A stretch of 64,000 nt of DNA from Bryobacteraceae bacterium (GTDB taxonomy: Bacteria; Acidobacteriota; Terriglobia; Bryobacterales; Bryobacteraceae). The stretch covers positions 2,227 through 66,226 of the forward strand of contig DASQJB010000200.1 of assembly GCA_035631295.1 (NCBI GenBank), written 5' to 3'. The translations under genes were made by a program, and so were the position numbers. Below the pieces are notes generated by a model, which was not told where the DNA came from, ran no database searches, and was given only the letters and a program-made list of their open reading frames with translations. This document shows positions 1 to 8,840 of this stretch, piece by piece (positions within the stretch are counted from its first letter, which is position 1; each line of letters opens with the position of its first letter).

Positions 1-326
1 TTGTGCTAGCCGGCAGCTTGCGCGACGACGGCCCTCTGCCTGACACCATCACGGACATGAACCGCGCTCAGGACGCCTACGCCGAGCAGCTGAAAGGGGC
101 CGGGCTGGTGCTCTGCCTGGGTTCGATGCTCCACTCCATCGCCGTGGGCAACATGTCTCCGAGTTGGGTGAAAATCGTGTGCGTGGACATCAATCCGGCG
201 GTGGCGACTAAAGTCAGCGATCGCGGCACCGGCCAGGCCATCGGCGTAGTAACCGACGTGGGGCAATTTCTCAGGCTATTGGCCGCTCAACTGCGGCGCG
301 AGGCGGCGGAGACATCGCGGCGGTGA
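1..326 (+). CDS. 3' end of a CDS whose start lies upstream of the window; function uncertain (possibly a LOR/SDH-type, TIGR00300-like protein)
   Basis: Open frame from the window edge to TGA 324-326. The stop overlaps the GTG start of queF (GTGA). The family guess rests only on my recollection of similar C-termini (DDGPLPD ... VCVDINPAV). Confidence 0.3.
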   Translation, partial: VLAGSLRDDGPLPDTITDMNRAQDAYAEQLKGAGLVLCLGSMLHSIAVGNMSPSWVKIVCVDINPAVATKVSDRGTGQAIGVVTDVGQFLRLLAAQLRREAAETSRR

Positions 327-751
327 ACCAAGGCTACAGGGACGAGCACGCGGAAGCCGGCGTGCGGGCCGAGCTTCCTGAGATCGAGACATGGCCCAAC
401 CAATACCGTACCGGCTACGAAATTGAAATCACCATGCCGGAGTTCACGTCGGTTTGTCCGAAGACCGGTTTGCCCGATCACGGCACGCTGACTTTGCGCT
501 ATGTGCCGGATCTCTGCTGCCTTGAGCTTAAGTCGCTCAAGATGTACTCCCTGGCCTACCGCAATCTGGGTATCTTTCAGGAAAACGTAGTGAACCGGTT
601 TCTAGAGGACGTGGTCCGCGCCGCTCGTCCTGTTTCGGCGACGGTGGTGGGGGAGTTCGCGGCACGCGGAGGCATTCCCACGAAAATCACGGCGAGCTAT
701 TCGCGGCGGGGAAAACCCAAGCGCGCCGCCAGGGGCGGGAGCCGGGCATGA
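323..751 (+). CDS. queF: NADPH-dependent 7-cyano-7-deazaguanine (preQ0) reductase QueF, type I
   Basis: 142-aa ORF with the QueF signature EFTSVCPKTGLPD (catalytic Cys). Its start overlaps the upstream stop, and its TGA 749-751 overlaps the next ATG (ATGA). Confidence 0.9.
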   Translation: MNQGYRDEHAEAGVRAELPEIETWPNQYRTGYEIEITMPEFTSVCPKTGLPDHGTLTLRYVPDLCCLELKSLKMYSLAYRNLGIFQENVVNRFLEDVVRAARPVSATVVGEFAARGGIPTKITASYSRRGKPKRAARGGSRA

Positions 752-2211
752 ACCCGAAGGCGGAGCCGGGGGTGCGAGCGGAGCCGAAGCCGGAAATAAA
801 AGATGACGACCTCCTAGCTGCGATCCAAGCGGTGCGCGCTCGCGCCCGTGCCCGCGCGCCCCACGGCAATTTGGGATTGGAGGGAGTCGCCGCTCCCGAC
901 CTCACTCCGCTGCTCCACGCCCGCGACGCCGCAGAAGCCAAAGTCGCTGCCATTGGAACCGTCAATCCCCGGCCCGCAGGTCTCAAGAATTCCATTGCGC
1001 AAGCGTTGAAGAGGTTAATCGCGCGCGCCCTGGACTGGCATGTTCGCGAGCAGGTGGAGTTCAACCAGGCCGCAATGGCCTGCGTGCACGCCACGCTCGA
1101 AGCTTTGGCGGAGACCAGCCGCTCCATGGCCGCGTTGGCTTCGCATCACTGCCAGTTGCGCGAAGAAATGGCCGCGCGCGAGCAGCCGTTGCGTGACGCG
1201 CTGGAAGAGGTGCGGGACGTTCGCCGCCACTGGGCCGAATGGCGGCCGGCGTTCGAGGAACGGCGCTCGGCGAGCGAGATCCATATTCTGCGCACTATCT
1301 CGGAGCTGCAAGCCGCTTTTCAGCATCGCGTCACGCTGCTGGACCAAAGCTATCGGGAACTGGCCCACCAACAGCATGCCAGTTTTACGGCGGAGCTGGA
1401 GCGCAACACGATCGATGTGCAGAAGCGGATTTGGCAGGATCTGGATCAGATCCGGCGGGAATACGAAGGGCTTATCTACACCGAGCTGCGTGCATTGCGG
1501 CAAAAGCAAGTTGTGGCGCAGGCTTCCGTGCCTGTAGCATCGGTCCGCGAACCTGTGGCACAGGCTTCACCCTGTGGAATCGACTGGATGCGCTTTGCCG
1601 AAGTCTTCCGCGGCCCGGAAGACCGCATCCGGGAGCATCAGCGAAAACATGCCGCCCGTTTCGTCGGAGCCGCGCAAGAAGTCCTCGATATCGGCTGCGG
1701 CCGGGGCGAGTTCCTCGAAGCCGCGCGGGAGTTGGGCGTGGCGGCGCGCGGCGTCGATTCGAGCGAGGAATGCGTCGCCCTGTGCGCGTCCAAAGGACTG
1801 GCCGCGGAGCGCGCCGATCTGTTCGAGTTTTTGGCCGCGTTGCCCGACCGTTCGCTCGGTGGCGCATTTTGCTCGCAAGTGATCGAGCATCTGCCGCCGA
1901 ACCGCGTGCCGGTCCTTGTCGCGCTATTGGCCGCCAAACTTCATCCCGGCGGTTTGGCCATCATTGAAACGCCTAATCCGGAATGTCTGGCCATCTTCGC
2001 CACGCACTTCTACATCGACCCAACCCACACTCGCCCCGTCCCGGCTCCGCTGCTGCGATTTTATCTGGAGGAGGCCGGCTTCGGAGGAATCGAGGTAGAA
2101 CGCCTTGAGCCCGCCGTGCATTCGATGCCAGCGCTCCAGGAGCTGCCGGCGCCGATGCGCGAAGCCTTCTTCGGCGGTCTCGATTACGCGATCCTGGCGC
2201 GGAGGCTGTAG
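748..2211 (+). CDS. Class I SAM-dependent methyltransferase with a long N-terminal helical/coiled-coil region
   Basis: The C-terminal third carries SAM motif I (VLDIGCGRGEFLE) and LHPGGLAIIETPN. The N-terminal ~290 aa are Ala/Arg/Glu/Gln-rich and helical. Confidence 0.8.
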   Translation: MNPKAEPGVRAEPKPEIKDDDLLAAIQAVRARARARAPHGNLGLEGVAAPDLTPLLHARDAAEAKVAAIGTVNPRPAGLKNSIAQALKRLIARALDWHVREQVEFNQAAMACVHATLEALAETSRSMAALASHHCQLREEMAAREQPLRDALEEVRDVRRHWAEWRPAFEERRSASEIHILRTISELQAAFQHRVTLLDQSYRELAHQQHASFTAELERNTIDVQKRIWQDLDQIRREYEGLIYTELRALRQKQVVAQASVPVASVREPVAQASPCGIDWMRFAEVFRGPEDRIREHQRKHAARFVGAAQEVLDIGCGRGEFLEAARELGVAARGVDSSEECVALCASKGLAAERADLFEFLAALPDRSLGGAFCSQVIEHLPPNRVPVLVALLAAKLHPGGLAIIETPNPECLAIFATHFYIDPTHTRPVPAPLLRFYLEEAGFGGIEVERLEPAVHSMPALQELPAPMREAFFGGLDYAILARRL

Positions 2212-2236
2212 CCTTGGCGCCCGTGGCTTGCACATA

Positions 2237-3124
2237 ATGAAAGCTGTGATTGCCCTTATCGGGATTTTGTTTGCCGGCGCCGCGTACGCGCAGGATTTCT
2301 CGGATATTCGCGTGGAAACGATCGCCCGCGATATGCACTTCGCCGAAGGCCCGGTCTGGTCGCTGGAGGGCTTCCTTCTATTCAGCGACACCGTCACCGA
2401 CCGGATCCAGAAATGGGTTCCAGGAAAGGGTGTTTCGGAGTTCGCCAGCCGGGCTGGCGGCGCCAACGGCAACGCCTACGACGAGCAGGGACGCCTCTAC
2501 ACTTGCGAATTCCGCGACCGCCGCATCACCCGCGCGTCCAAGAACGGCAAAGTCGACGTGCTCGCGGCGCGCTACGAAGGCAAGCGGCTGAACGCTCCCA
2601 ACGACATCGTCGTTCGACGCGACGGAAACGTCTACTTCACCGATCCGGCCTTCGGCAACCAGCAGGACTCCAAGGAGTTGGATTTCTACGGCGTGTTCCG
2701 CGTCACTACCAAGGGCGAGCTTGAAGCGCTCGCGAAGTGGAACACACGTCCCAATGGCATTGCGCTCTCGCCGAATGGCCGCATCTTGTACGTCGCCGAT
2801 TCCGACCGCCGCTCGGTGCTTGCCTTCGACCTGGATCGCGCCGGCGGGGCCTCAAACGAGCGTGTGTTCCTTCCCAAAATGGAAGGTGTTCCGGGCGGAC
2901 TGCGCACCGACGAAAAAGGAAATGTGTACGTCGCGGCGAAGTATTTATCGGTTTATTCTCAGCGGGGGGAATTATTGAAGGACATTCATTTGTCGCAATC
3001 GCCTTCCAATCTGGCTTTCGGTGATTCGGATTTTTCGACGCTCTACGTCACGGCGCGAAGCGCCGTTTACCGCATCCGCATCGGTGTGAAAGGGGCGTTG
3101 CCATATGCGCCGCAGGTACCCTAA
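2237..3124 (+). CDS. SMP-30/gluconolactonase/LRE family protein (secreted)
   Basis: The ATG at 2237 gives a signal peptide (MKAVIALIGILFAGAAYAQ). Lactonase-type propeller motifs present: EGPVWS, NAPNDIVV, YFTDP, RPNGIALSP, LYVADS. The ORF-track start at 2105 was rejected. Confidence 0.85.
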   Translation: MKAVIALIGILFAGAAYAQDFSDIRVETIARDMHFAEGPVWSLEGFLLFSDTVTDRIQKWVPGKGVSEFASRAGGANGNAYDEQGRLYTCEFRDRRITRASKNGKVDVLAARYEGKRLNAPNDIVVRRDGNVYFTDPAFGNQQDSKELDFYGVFRVTTKGELEALAKWNTRPNGIALSPNGRILYVADSDRRSVLAFDLDRAGGASNERVFLPKMEGVPGGLRTDEKGNVYVAAKYLSVYSQRGELLKDIHLSQSPSNLAFGDSDFSTLYVTARSAVYRIRIGVKGALPYAPQVP

Positions 3125-3542
3125 GCATCCTCTGCTGGGCGTGGGCGCGCTGATCTTCACGCGCGCCGGGCGGCGTGGCCCAATCTTGCTCGTCGAGCGC
3201 GGCGGTAAGCCGCTGAAAGGCTATTGGTCGTTGCCAGGAGGTCTGGTCGAGCCCGGCGAACAACTGGAAGACGCCGTGCGCCGCGAGGTGAAGGAAGAAA
3301 CCGGCCTCGAAATCCAACCCATGCGCCTGTTCGAAATCTTCCAGCGCATCATGCGCGACGAGCAAGGACGCGTGGAATATCACTACGTGCTGGCCGACTA
3401 CGTCTGCAAGGTGGTCGGAGGCAACCTTCGCGCCGGCGATGACGTGAGCCGCGCCGAATGGGCGCGCCGGTCCGAATTAGAGCGCTATCGGCTGACCGAG
3501 GGCACTCTCGAAGTGATCGAGCGGGCTTTTGAAGCGCGTTAG
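3105..3542 (+). CDS. NUDIX hydrolase
   Basis: Nudix box GGLVEPGEQLEDAVRREVKEETGL. Confidence 0.9.
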   Translation: MRRRYPKHPLLGVGALIFTRAGRRGPILLVERGGKPLKGYWSLPGGLVEPGEQLEDAVRREVKEETGLEIQPMRLFEIFQRIMRDEQGRVEYHYVLADYVCKVVGGNLRAGDDVSRAEWARRSELERYRLTEGTLEVIERAFEAR

Positions 3543-4003
3543 CGCTCAAATAGTCGCGCTGTGGCGACGCTCTCCGGAGTGGGCTTGAAATTGCGCCCAT
3601 TGTAGGAGAATTCGAGATGATAGCTCTTCGTGGCTGGAAATATGTCTATCTCGTGGCGCGGCTTGGCTGCGCTGACCCTGTCTTCGCAGGTTTCCTTCTC
3701 TTCGGGCGTGAGCGATTTCCTACCAAGAGATGCGGTAACCAGCGGAGCGGTCCAACATTCGCGGCGGTCCCGAACTCGACCTTTTCACCACCACGCTGTA
3801 GAGGCTCGTCGCATTCTAAAGCGTTAATGTTGTCAAAGACACTGAAGAACTCCTCGCCTTCCGTCGCCATCAGCACAGGTGCGGGGCAAGGAGGTCCTCA
3901 AGGAACAGATCAGTGCAGACAAACCCCTGACCTCCCGTACTGTCCAACGCAAACCAGGACTTCGCGGGTGCTAGGAACCAGGGTTTTATGGCACCGGGAT
4001 GTT

Positions 4004-4414
4004 TCAACGCCAGCTTTGTACCAAAGCATGGTCCACCCATCCGGCTTGCGGGTGAGTAGAATCGTACCCCCGAAATTTTCGGAGTGGGGTTCGCAGCCCG
4101 TCATCCACAAACGGCATCGTCGCTGTTAGGCGCGATGAAATTGCCGCGGATTCACTCACGAGCTGCCACGAAAAGGGCTCCGGAGAGTGACCCGTGAATA
4201 CGGGGCAACCCCCGTCGCAGGCGACATCTGCACCCACGACCACGTGACCCGGACATACCGCTTCAAGCAACTTCGCATCCGTCGGCTGCGCGTCGGAAGG
4301 AAAAACCGGATTGGGCGGCGACATAGAGACGCCTTGCGGTTCCTGACCCCAAGCGATCGCCGCCGTCAGCGCTATCAACAACGCGCCTTTAACGATCGGT
4401 CCCAGGCGGTTCAT
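4004..4414 (-). CDS. Small secreted hypothetical protein downstream of the PQQ dehydrogenase; its 3' part may be frame-disrupted
   Basis: Signal peptide MNRLGPIVKGALLIALTAAIAWGQ. Starts 3 nt after the stop of the upstream gene. From ~4100 a second frame (3910-4110) reads more protein-like (GGTILLTRKPDGWTMLWYKAGVE). Confidence 0.35.
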   Translation of the reverse strand: MNRLGPIVKGALLIALTAAIAWGQEPQGVSMSPPNPVFPSDAQPTDAKLLEAVCPGHVVVGADVACDGGCPVFTGHSPEPFSWQLVSESAAISSRLTATMPFVDDGLRTPLRKFRGYDSTHPQAGWVDHALVQSWR

Positions 4415-4416
4415 CG

Positions 4417-6432
4417 TTACTGATTCTCGTCCGGTGGCGCACCACCGCGACCGCCTCGTCCGCCTCCTCCGCGTCCGCCCCGGCCGCCGGCCGCTCCTGG
4501 TTGCGGCAGCGCCATAGCGACCAACTCCGCTCCCCCGCCCTGCTGGCCGCCGACGACCGCCACGATAAACTGCCGGCCGCCCAGTGAGTACGTCATCGTA
4601 CCGCCGGTCACATTCGCGCCAAACGTCATCTCATAAATCACCGAACCGGTCTTCTTGTCGATGAAGCGGAGATTATCGCTGCCTTCAATCAGCAAAGTCT
4701 TGGTGATCAGAATCGGAGAGCGCTGGCCGCCACCCCAATTGCGGGCGTCGACTCCAGCGGCTTTGAGCGCCGGATTGTTCACAATGGTGTCCGCGGGCCT
4801 GCCGTTCGGAATCATCCATTCGTGCTCGCCTGTGTTCAAGTTGATCGCCGTGATGCGGCCGTACGGACCCTTGATCAGCGGCAAGCCCATGACATTGGGG
4901 CCACCCAACCCTCCGGCGGCAATGTAGGGCATCTCGGACCGCGAGCCGCCCGGCTGAAGCGCGGAGATATAGGGGCTGGTGGTGGAGGGCACGTACAGCA
5001 TGCCCGTCTCCGCATCCACCGAAGCTCCCATCCAATTGGCGCCGCCGCCTGCGCCGGGAAGTTGAATCGTTCCCAGCTTTCCTCCGTCATCCTTCACAAT
5101 GGGCGACGTGTAAATCGGGCCGAGAACGTATTGCGAAGCGACCTTCAACGCTTCGGCTTTGATCTCAGGCGTGTAGTCGGCCAGATCCGCTTCTGTCACA
5201 CCCTGACGATCAAATGGAGCGGGCTTGGTTGGAAAAGGCTGCGTCGGCGAATACCATTCGCCGGGGACTTTGCCTTGCGGCACGGGACGCTCCTCGATCG
5301 GCCACACCGGCTGGCCATTGGTGCGATCGAACACGAACAGGAACGCCGACTTATTCACCTGCGCGAGCGCCTTGATCTTTCGCCCATTCACAGTGATGTC
5401 GAGCAGAATCGGCGCGGCCGGGATGTCGTAATCCCACATCTCATGATGAATGAGCTGATAGTGCCAAATTCGCTTGCCCGTTTTTGCGTCGAGACAAACG
5501 ATGGTGTCGGAGAACAGATTTGCACCGGGACGCTGGCCGCCGAATGTGTCTCCGCTCGGCGCTTCCACTGGGATGTAGACGTAGCCCAGTTCGTCGTCGC
5601 CCGTAAGCGGTCCCCAGGCTCCGGTATTTCCAGTGAACTTCCACGAATCTTCGCCGGTTTGCGGATCTTTCAACCACGTCTCGACCCCGAATTCGCCGGC
5701 TTGCGGCACCGTATGAAACGTCCACAGGAGCTTGCCTGTATGGACATCGTAGCCACGAATATAGCCAGGCGTGTTCAGCTTGGTTGGCAGCGCTACGCCC
5801 ACGCGCAGCGCGGCGCCGACCACCGCCACATCGCGAATAATGATGGGCGGCGAAGTGGCGCCGATAGTTCCGTTTTCCACCTTGGCGCGATCCAGTCCAG
5901 CCCAAAGATCCACATGGCCATCCTGGCCGAAATTCGAAGCGGGTAGGCCGGTTTTGGCGTTCAAGGCGACCAGCTGATAGCCGGGCGTGACGAAGAGGAC
6001 GCGCTCTTCGCTGCCATCGCTCCAATAGCTGAGGCCGCGATTATTTGCGCGCACCGCGCCGCGCTCCTTGGTGTCGTCGCCACGGTAGAGCCACAGAGTT
6101 TCGCCCGTGGCGGCGTCGGCAGCGGCCACCGTCCGTCCCACCCCCGCAGTGAAGTACAACTTCCCGCCCGCCATGAGAGGCGTCACTTCCCAAGCCGCTT
6201 GCGGGCTCGGCCCCATGTTCTGCGCCTTCCAGCGCCAGACCACTTGCAAATTACGCGCGTTGGCGGCGTTGATCTGATCGAGCGGCGAATAACGGGTGTT
6301 GCCGCTGTCGCCTCCATAAGTGCGCCATTCGCCCACGGCGGGCGCTCCTTGCTGGCCGTGCGCCGGCCTCCAGGTCCAACCGATTAACGCGAGAGCAATG
6401 AGAGCGGGCGTCCATAGCTTCAGACGGGTCAT
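4417..6432 (-). CDS. PQQ-dependent dehydrogenase (quinoprotein, 8-bladed propeller type), secreted, with a C-terminal Gly/Arg repeat tail
   Basis: ATG 6432 is preceded by GGGGAGGA and followed by a signal peptide. Quinoprotein hallmarks: NTRYSPLDQIN, HHEMWDYD, repeated W-motif blades. Tail: GGRGGRGGGGRGGRGG. Confidence 0.85.
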   Translation of the reverse strand: MTRLKLWTPALIALALIGWTWRPAHGQQGAPAVGEWRTYGGDSGNTRYSPLDQINAANARNLQVVWRWKAQNMGPSPQAAWEVTPLMAGGKLYFTAGVGRTVAAADAATGETLWLYRGDDTKERGAVRANNRGLSYWSDGSEERVLFVTPGYQLVALNAKTGLPASNFGQDGHVDLWAGLDRAKVENGTIGATSPPIIIRDVAVVGAALRVGVALPTKLNTPGYIRGYDVHTGKLLWTFHTVPQAGEFGVETWLKDPQTGEDSWKFTGNTGAWGPLTGDDELGYVYIPVEAPSGDTFGGQRPGANLFSDTIVCLDAKTGKRIWHYQLIHHEMWDYDIPAAPILLDITVNGRKIKALAQVNKSAFLFVFDRTNGQPVWPIEERPVPQGKVPGEWYSPTQPFPTKPAPFDRQGVTEADLADYTPEIKAEALKVASQYVLGPIYTSPIVKDDGGKLGTIQLPGAGGGANWMGASVDAETGMLYVPSTTSPYISALQPGGSRSEMPYIAAGGLGGPNVMGLPLIKGPYGRITAINLNTGEHEWMIPNGRPADTIVNNPALKAAGVDARNWGGGQRSPILITKTLLIEGSDNLRFIDKKTGSVIYEMTFGANVTGGTMTYSLGGRQFIVAVVGGQQGGGAELVAMALPQPGAAGGRGGRGGGGRGGRGGAPPDENQ

Positions 6433-6682
6433 TCGTATCCTCCCCAAATCCCCAAGTGTAGGGGGCAAAAGGGAGATTGCGCAAGTGCACGGGCAGGCGC
6501 TCCGCGGTGGAATGACCGCGAGCTGGAATCTATTCGAATGGAGAGCCGTCTATCTCTCCGGTTCGCGGGCGCTTGGAACTTCAGCAGTTGATCAAACGCG
6601 ACAAGGCTTGCCGATTCACCCCTTTAGGGCGTCCACTTGGACTGGCTATGAGGTTGCAGAGTGCCAGCAAGGAGGAAATCAT

Positions 6683-7877
6683 ATGCCAGTTAATGAAGAC
6701 CTCCCGTCGTCTATCATCAGCAAGACACTAATTATTACTGCGGAGCCGCCTGCGCGCAGATGGTCTTGGGTGAAATCGGGGCGGGCCTGCTTCCACAGGA
6801 CGATCTTTACAACGAGACCCATTCGCACAGCACGACCGAAGCTGGCTGGGCCACGGGACCCGACGGATTGCAATACACGATGAACGATCGCCGGCCGGCG
6901 TCCTTCAACAACTGGTTCGCGCTATTTACGCTAGCTAATGAAGACTCGATTTCCCGCAAGATCTGCTGGACGATTCATCACTACAAAGTGGGCCCATCGC
7001 GCTGGTCTATGGCTCGCAGCATTGGATTGTGGTGCGCGGCTACGACGCCAGCGCGGCACCCGCGAGCTCGGCCGATAACAGCTACACCATAACCGGTTTC
7101 GAGGTGAACAATCCGTGGCCGCCGACTCCCTCGCCCGGGCCGCCTCCGCCCCACAGCGCCGCTGATGGCTGCGGCAGCGGTGGATCGCGCGGCATCGCTA
7201 ACGAGCACATCAGCTACGCCTCCTGGGAGTCGACCTATATGACGGGCGTTCCGGCAGGACATTGGGCCGGCCAATTCGTCGCGGTTTGCGATCCAGATCC
7301 ACCGGCACCTTTGCCCGCGGGGACCACGCCGGTGACGCGGCGCTTCGATGGCGCCACGCTGTTGTCGAGCGAGCAATCCGGCCGGCTGGCGGTGGAACTT
7401 CTCGATGAGTTGAAGCTGGCGAAGCGCCCTGTTTGGGGGAAGGCGTTGGCGAAGGTCAAGCCGCAGACTCCCTTGTTAGTTCAACGGCTAGACCGAAAGG
7501 ATTCGTTCTACTACATCGTCCCGTTGGGCGCGTCCGCGGAACGCTCCAGCGCGGCTGTGGTGCTGGACGCCCGCTACGGCGTCTACCTCCAGTCGGCCGC
7601 GCTGCCGGAGACGACGGCAGTCATCGGGAGTCTGAGTGCGAAAGCCGCGCTGGAGGCAATCCTCAACCGGCGCTTCGATCTGGAGGATTTCGCGGGGCGC
7701 GTTTTGGCGCGGCCCGGCGCGATCTGCTCCTGCGACTCGCTGGTCTGGAAGCCGTGCCTGGAGTCGCTGTCGCCGTTCTTCCCCTTTTATCGCTTCACGG
7801 TGGGCGGCGCAACTTTGTATGTGCGCATCGACGGAGCGATATTCACGGCATTGCACGACAATTATCGCGGTCTGTAA
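6683..7877 (+). pseudogene. C39-like (papain-fold) cysteine peptidase fused to two PepSY-like modules, interrupted by two 1-nt frameshifts
   Basis: AAGGAGG (6669-6675) lies upstream of ATG 6683. Reading then passes through three frames. Frame a gives MPVNEDLP. Frame b (6697-6993) gives VVYHQQDTNYYCGAACAQMVL, the catalytic-Cys motif. Frame c (6993-7877) gives PIALVYGSQHWIVVRGYD, the His motif, then a Pro-rich linker and C-terminal modules. Both junctions sit in C/G runs (6703-6705 and 6990-6995). Confidence 0.7.
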
Positions 7878-7890
7878 ACTCTATAGGCAG

Positions 7891-8439
7891 GTGGAACAAG
7901 CGGAAGCTGTCGCTCGGGCTCGGCAGACAATCGGGATAGACGCACGCGCGACCGCGCGGGCCTATCGCGTGCGGCGCCTGGACAGGAGCGGGGAGTTTTA
8001 CTACCTGGTGGTTTTCGGCGGGCCAGGGCTGACGATCGCCGTTGCGGCTGTGAACGGCGCAAGCGGCGACATCGAGAGCTGGGCAAGAAGCTCTGGCGCA
8101 CGCGAGCACCTGGAAGTGGACGAGGCGCAAGCTCGGCGGCTATGCCGCGCGACGGCATCCGCCAGCGCGGAATTAGTTTGGAGGCCTGGTCGAGTTTCGC
8201 GCTCCCCGCTGTATCCAGTCTGGGAAGTGCGCGCCGGGCGCGAGGTGTGTTACATCGATCAACAATCAAGAAATACTCCGCCATCGACCCGTAGGCGCGC
8301 GGAGGCTCTGGATACGCTCACGAGCGCCGAAGCTTCCGGATCATTTCTGAGCCGCCCGTGCCAGCCAAAACATTCGAGATCAACACAAGAGAGCGCCCGG
8401 CTCCGGTGTCGTCGAATGCAACGTCGAAGAAAGGATTAA
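7891..8439 (+). CDS. Hypothetical protein paralogous to the C-terminal (PepSY-like) half of the upstream peptidase gene; 3' end uncertain
   Basis: GTG 7891 lies 14 nt after the upstream stop. RRLDRSGEFYYLVVFG matches QRLDRKDSFYYIVPLG upstream, and LVWRPGRVSRSPLYPVW matches LVWKPCLESLSPFFPFY. The last ~50 aa are Arg-rich junk-like. An alternative frame would terminate at TAG 8292-8294 (..KKYSAIDP*). Confidence 0.45.
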   Translation: MEQAEAVARARQTIGIDARATARAYRVRRLDRSGEFYYLVVFGGPGLTIAVAAVNGASGDIESWARSSGAREHLEVDEAQARRLCRATASASAELVWRPGRVSRSPLYPVWEVRAGREVCYIDQQSRNTPPSTRRRAEALDTLTSAEASGSFLSRPCQPKHSRSTQESARLRCRRMQRRRKD

Positions 8440-8840
8440 AACTCAAGTTCCATTCGCCGTCCGGGGAAGCCGCCGTCGACCTCCCGGACCAGACTCTCCC
8501 GTCATGCTCGGATTTGCACGGATCTGCCGTGCGCATCGCTCAACGAGCGGCGCTACCTTCGTTACAAGAACACCATGGGCTTCGCGGTTTGGATCGATCA
8601 AGCGAGCGGAGTGGTGTGGGCACAAGGCACGCACGAATACCGGCCCATGGGCGCGGCCGTGATCGCTGTCACGGATCAATTCCGGACCCGCGACTTCGGC
8701 CCGTCGCGCCGCTGCCCGGCCCGGCTGCGCCGCTCGTTCGCGGGGTTTTTCGGATCGCTCGAGGAAGTGAACGCAAGCCTGCGTTCGCGCCGCCGTTGGC
8801 GGCTCCGCTCGACTCCTTCTCACTTGTGGTAGGGCCAAGC

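Noticed and set aside
250-323. preQ1 riboswitch upstream of queF
   Set aside because: The queF start codon overlaps the stop of the preceding ORF, so there is no non-coding leader in which a riboswitch could sit.
3617-4129. 170-aa plus-strand ORF
   Set aside because: Cys/Arg/Ser/Pro-rich translation with no RBS or domain. It more likely lies over decayed minus-strand coding remnants.
4430-4500. Repetitive CCG/CCT-rich nucleotide stretch that could be mistaken for a tandem repeat or CRISPR-like array
   Set aside because: It is simply the coding sequence of the in-frame GGRGGRGGGGRGGRGG tail of the dehydrogenase. There is no spacer-repeat architecture.
4822-5946. 374-aa plus-strand ORF
   Set aside because: Antisense to the PQQ dehydrogenase; shadow ORF.
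6683-7877. Programmed ribosomal frameshifting as the explanation for the three-frame peptidase gene
   Set aside because: Two independent shifts would be required. There is no slippery heptamer or downstream structure at either site, and the first frame segment ends in an ordinary run of Cs. Mutation or assembly indels are more parsimonious.
8358-8840. N-terminal 161 aa of the 334-aa ORF 8358-9362
   Set aside because: Arg/Pro/Ser-rich with no TM segments. The ICMT-family membrane protein plausibly starts at ATG 8841.
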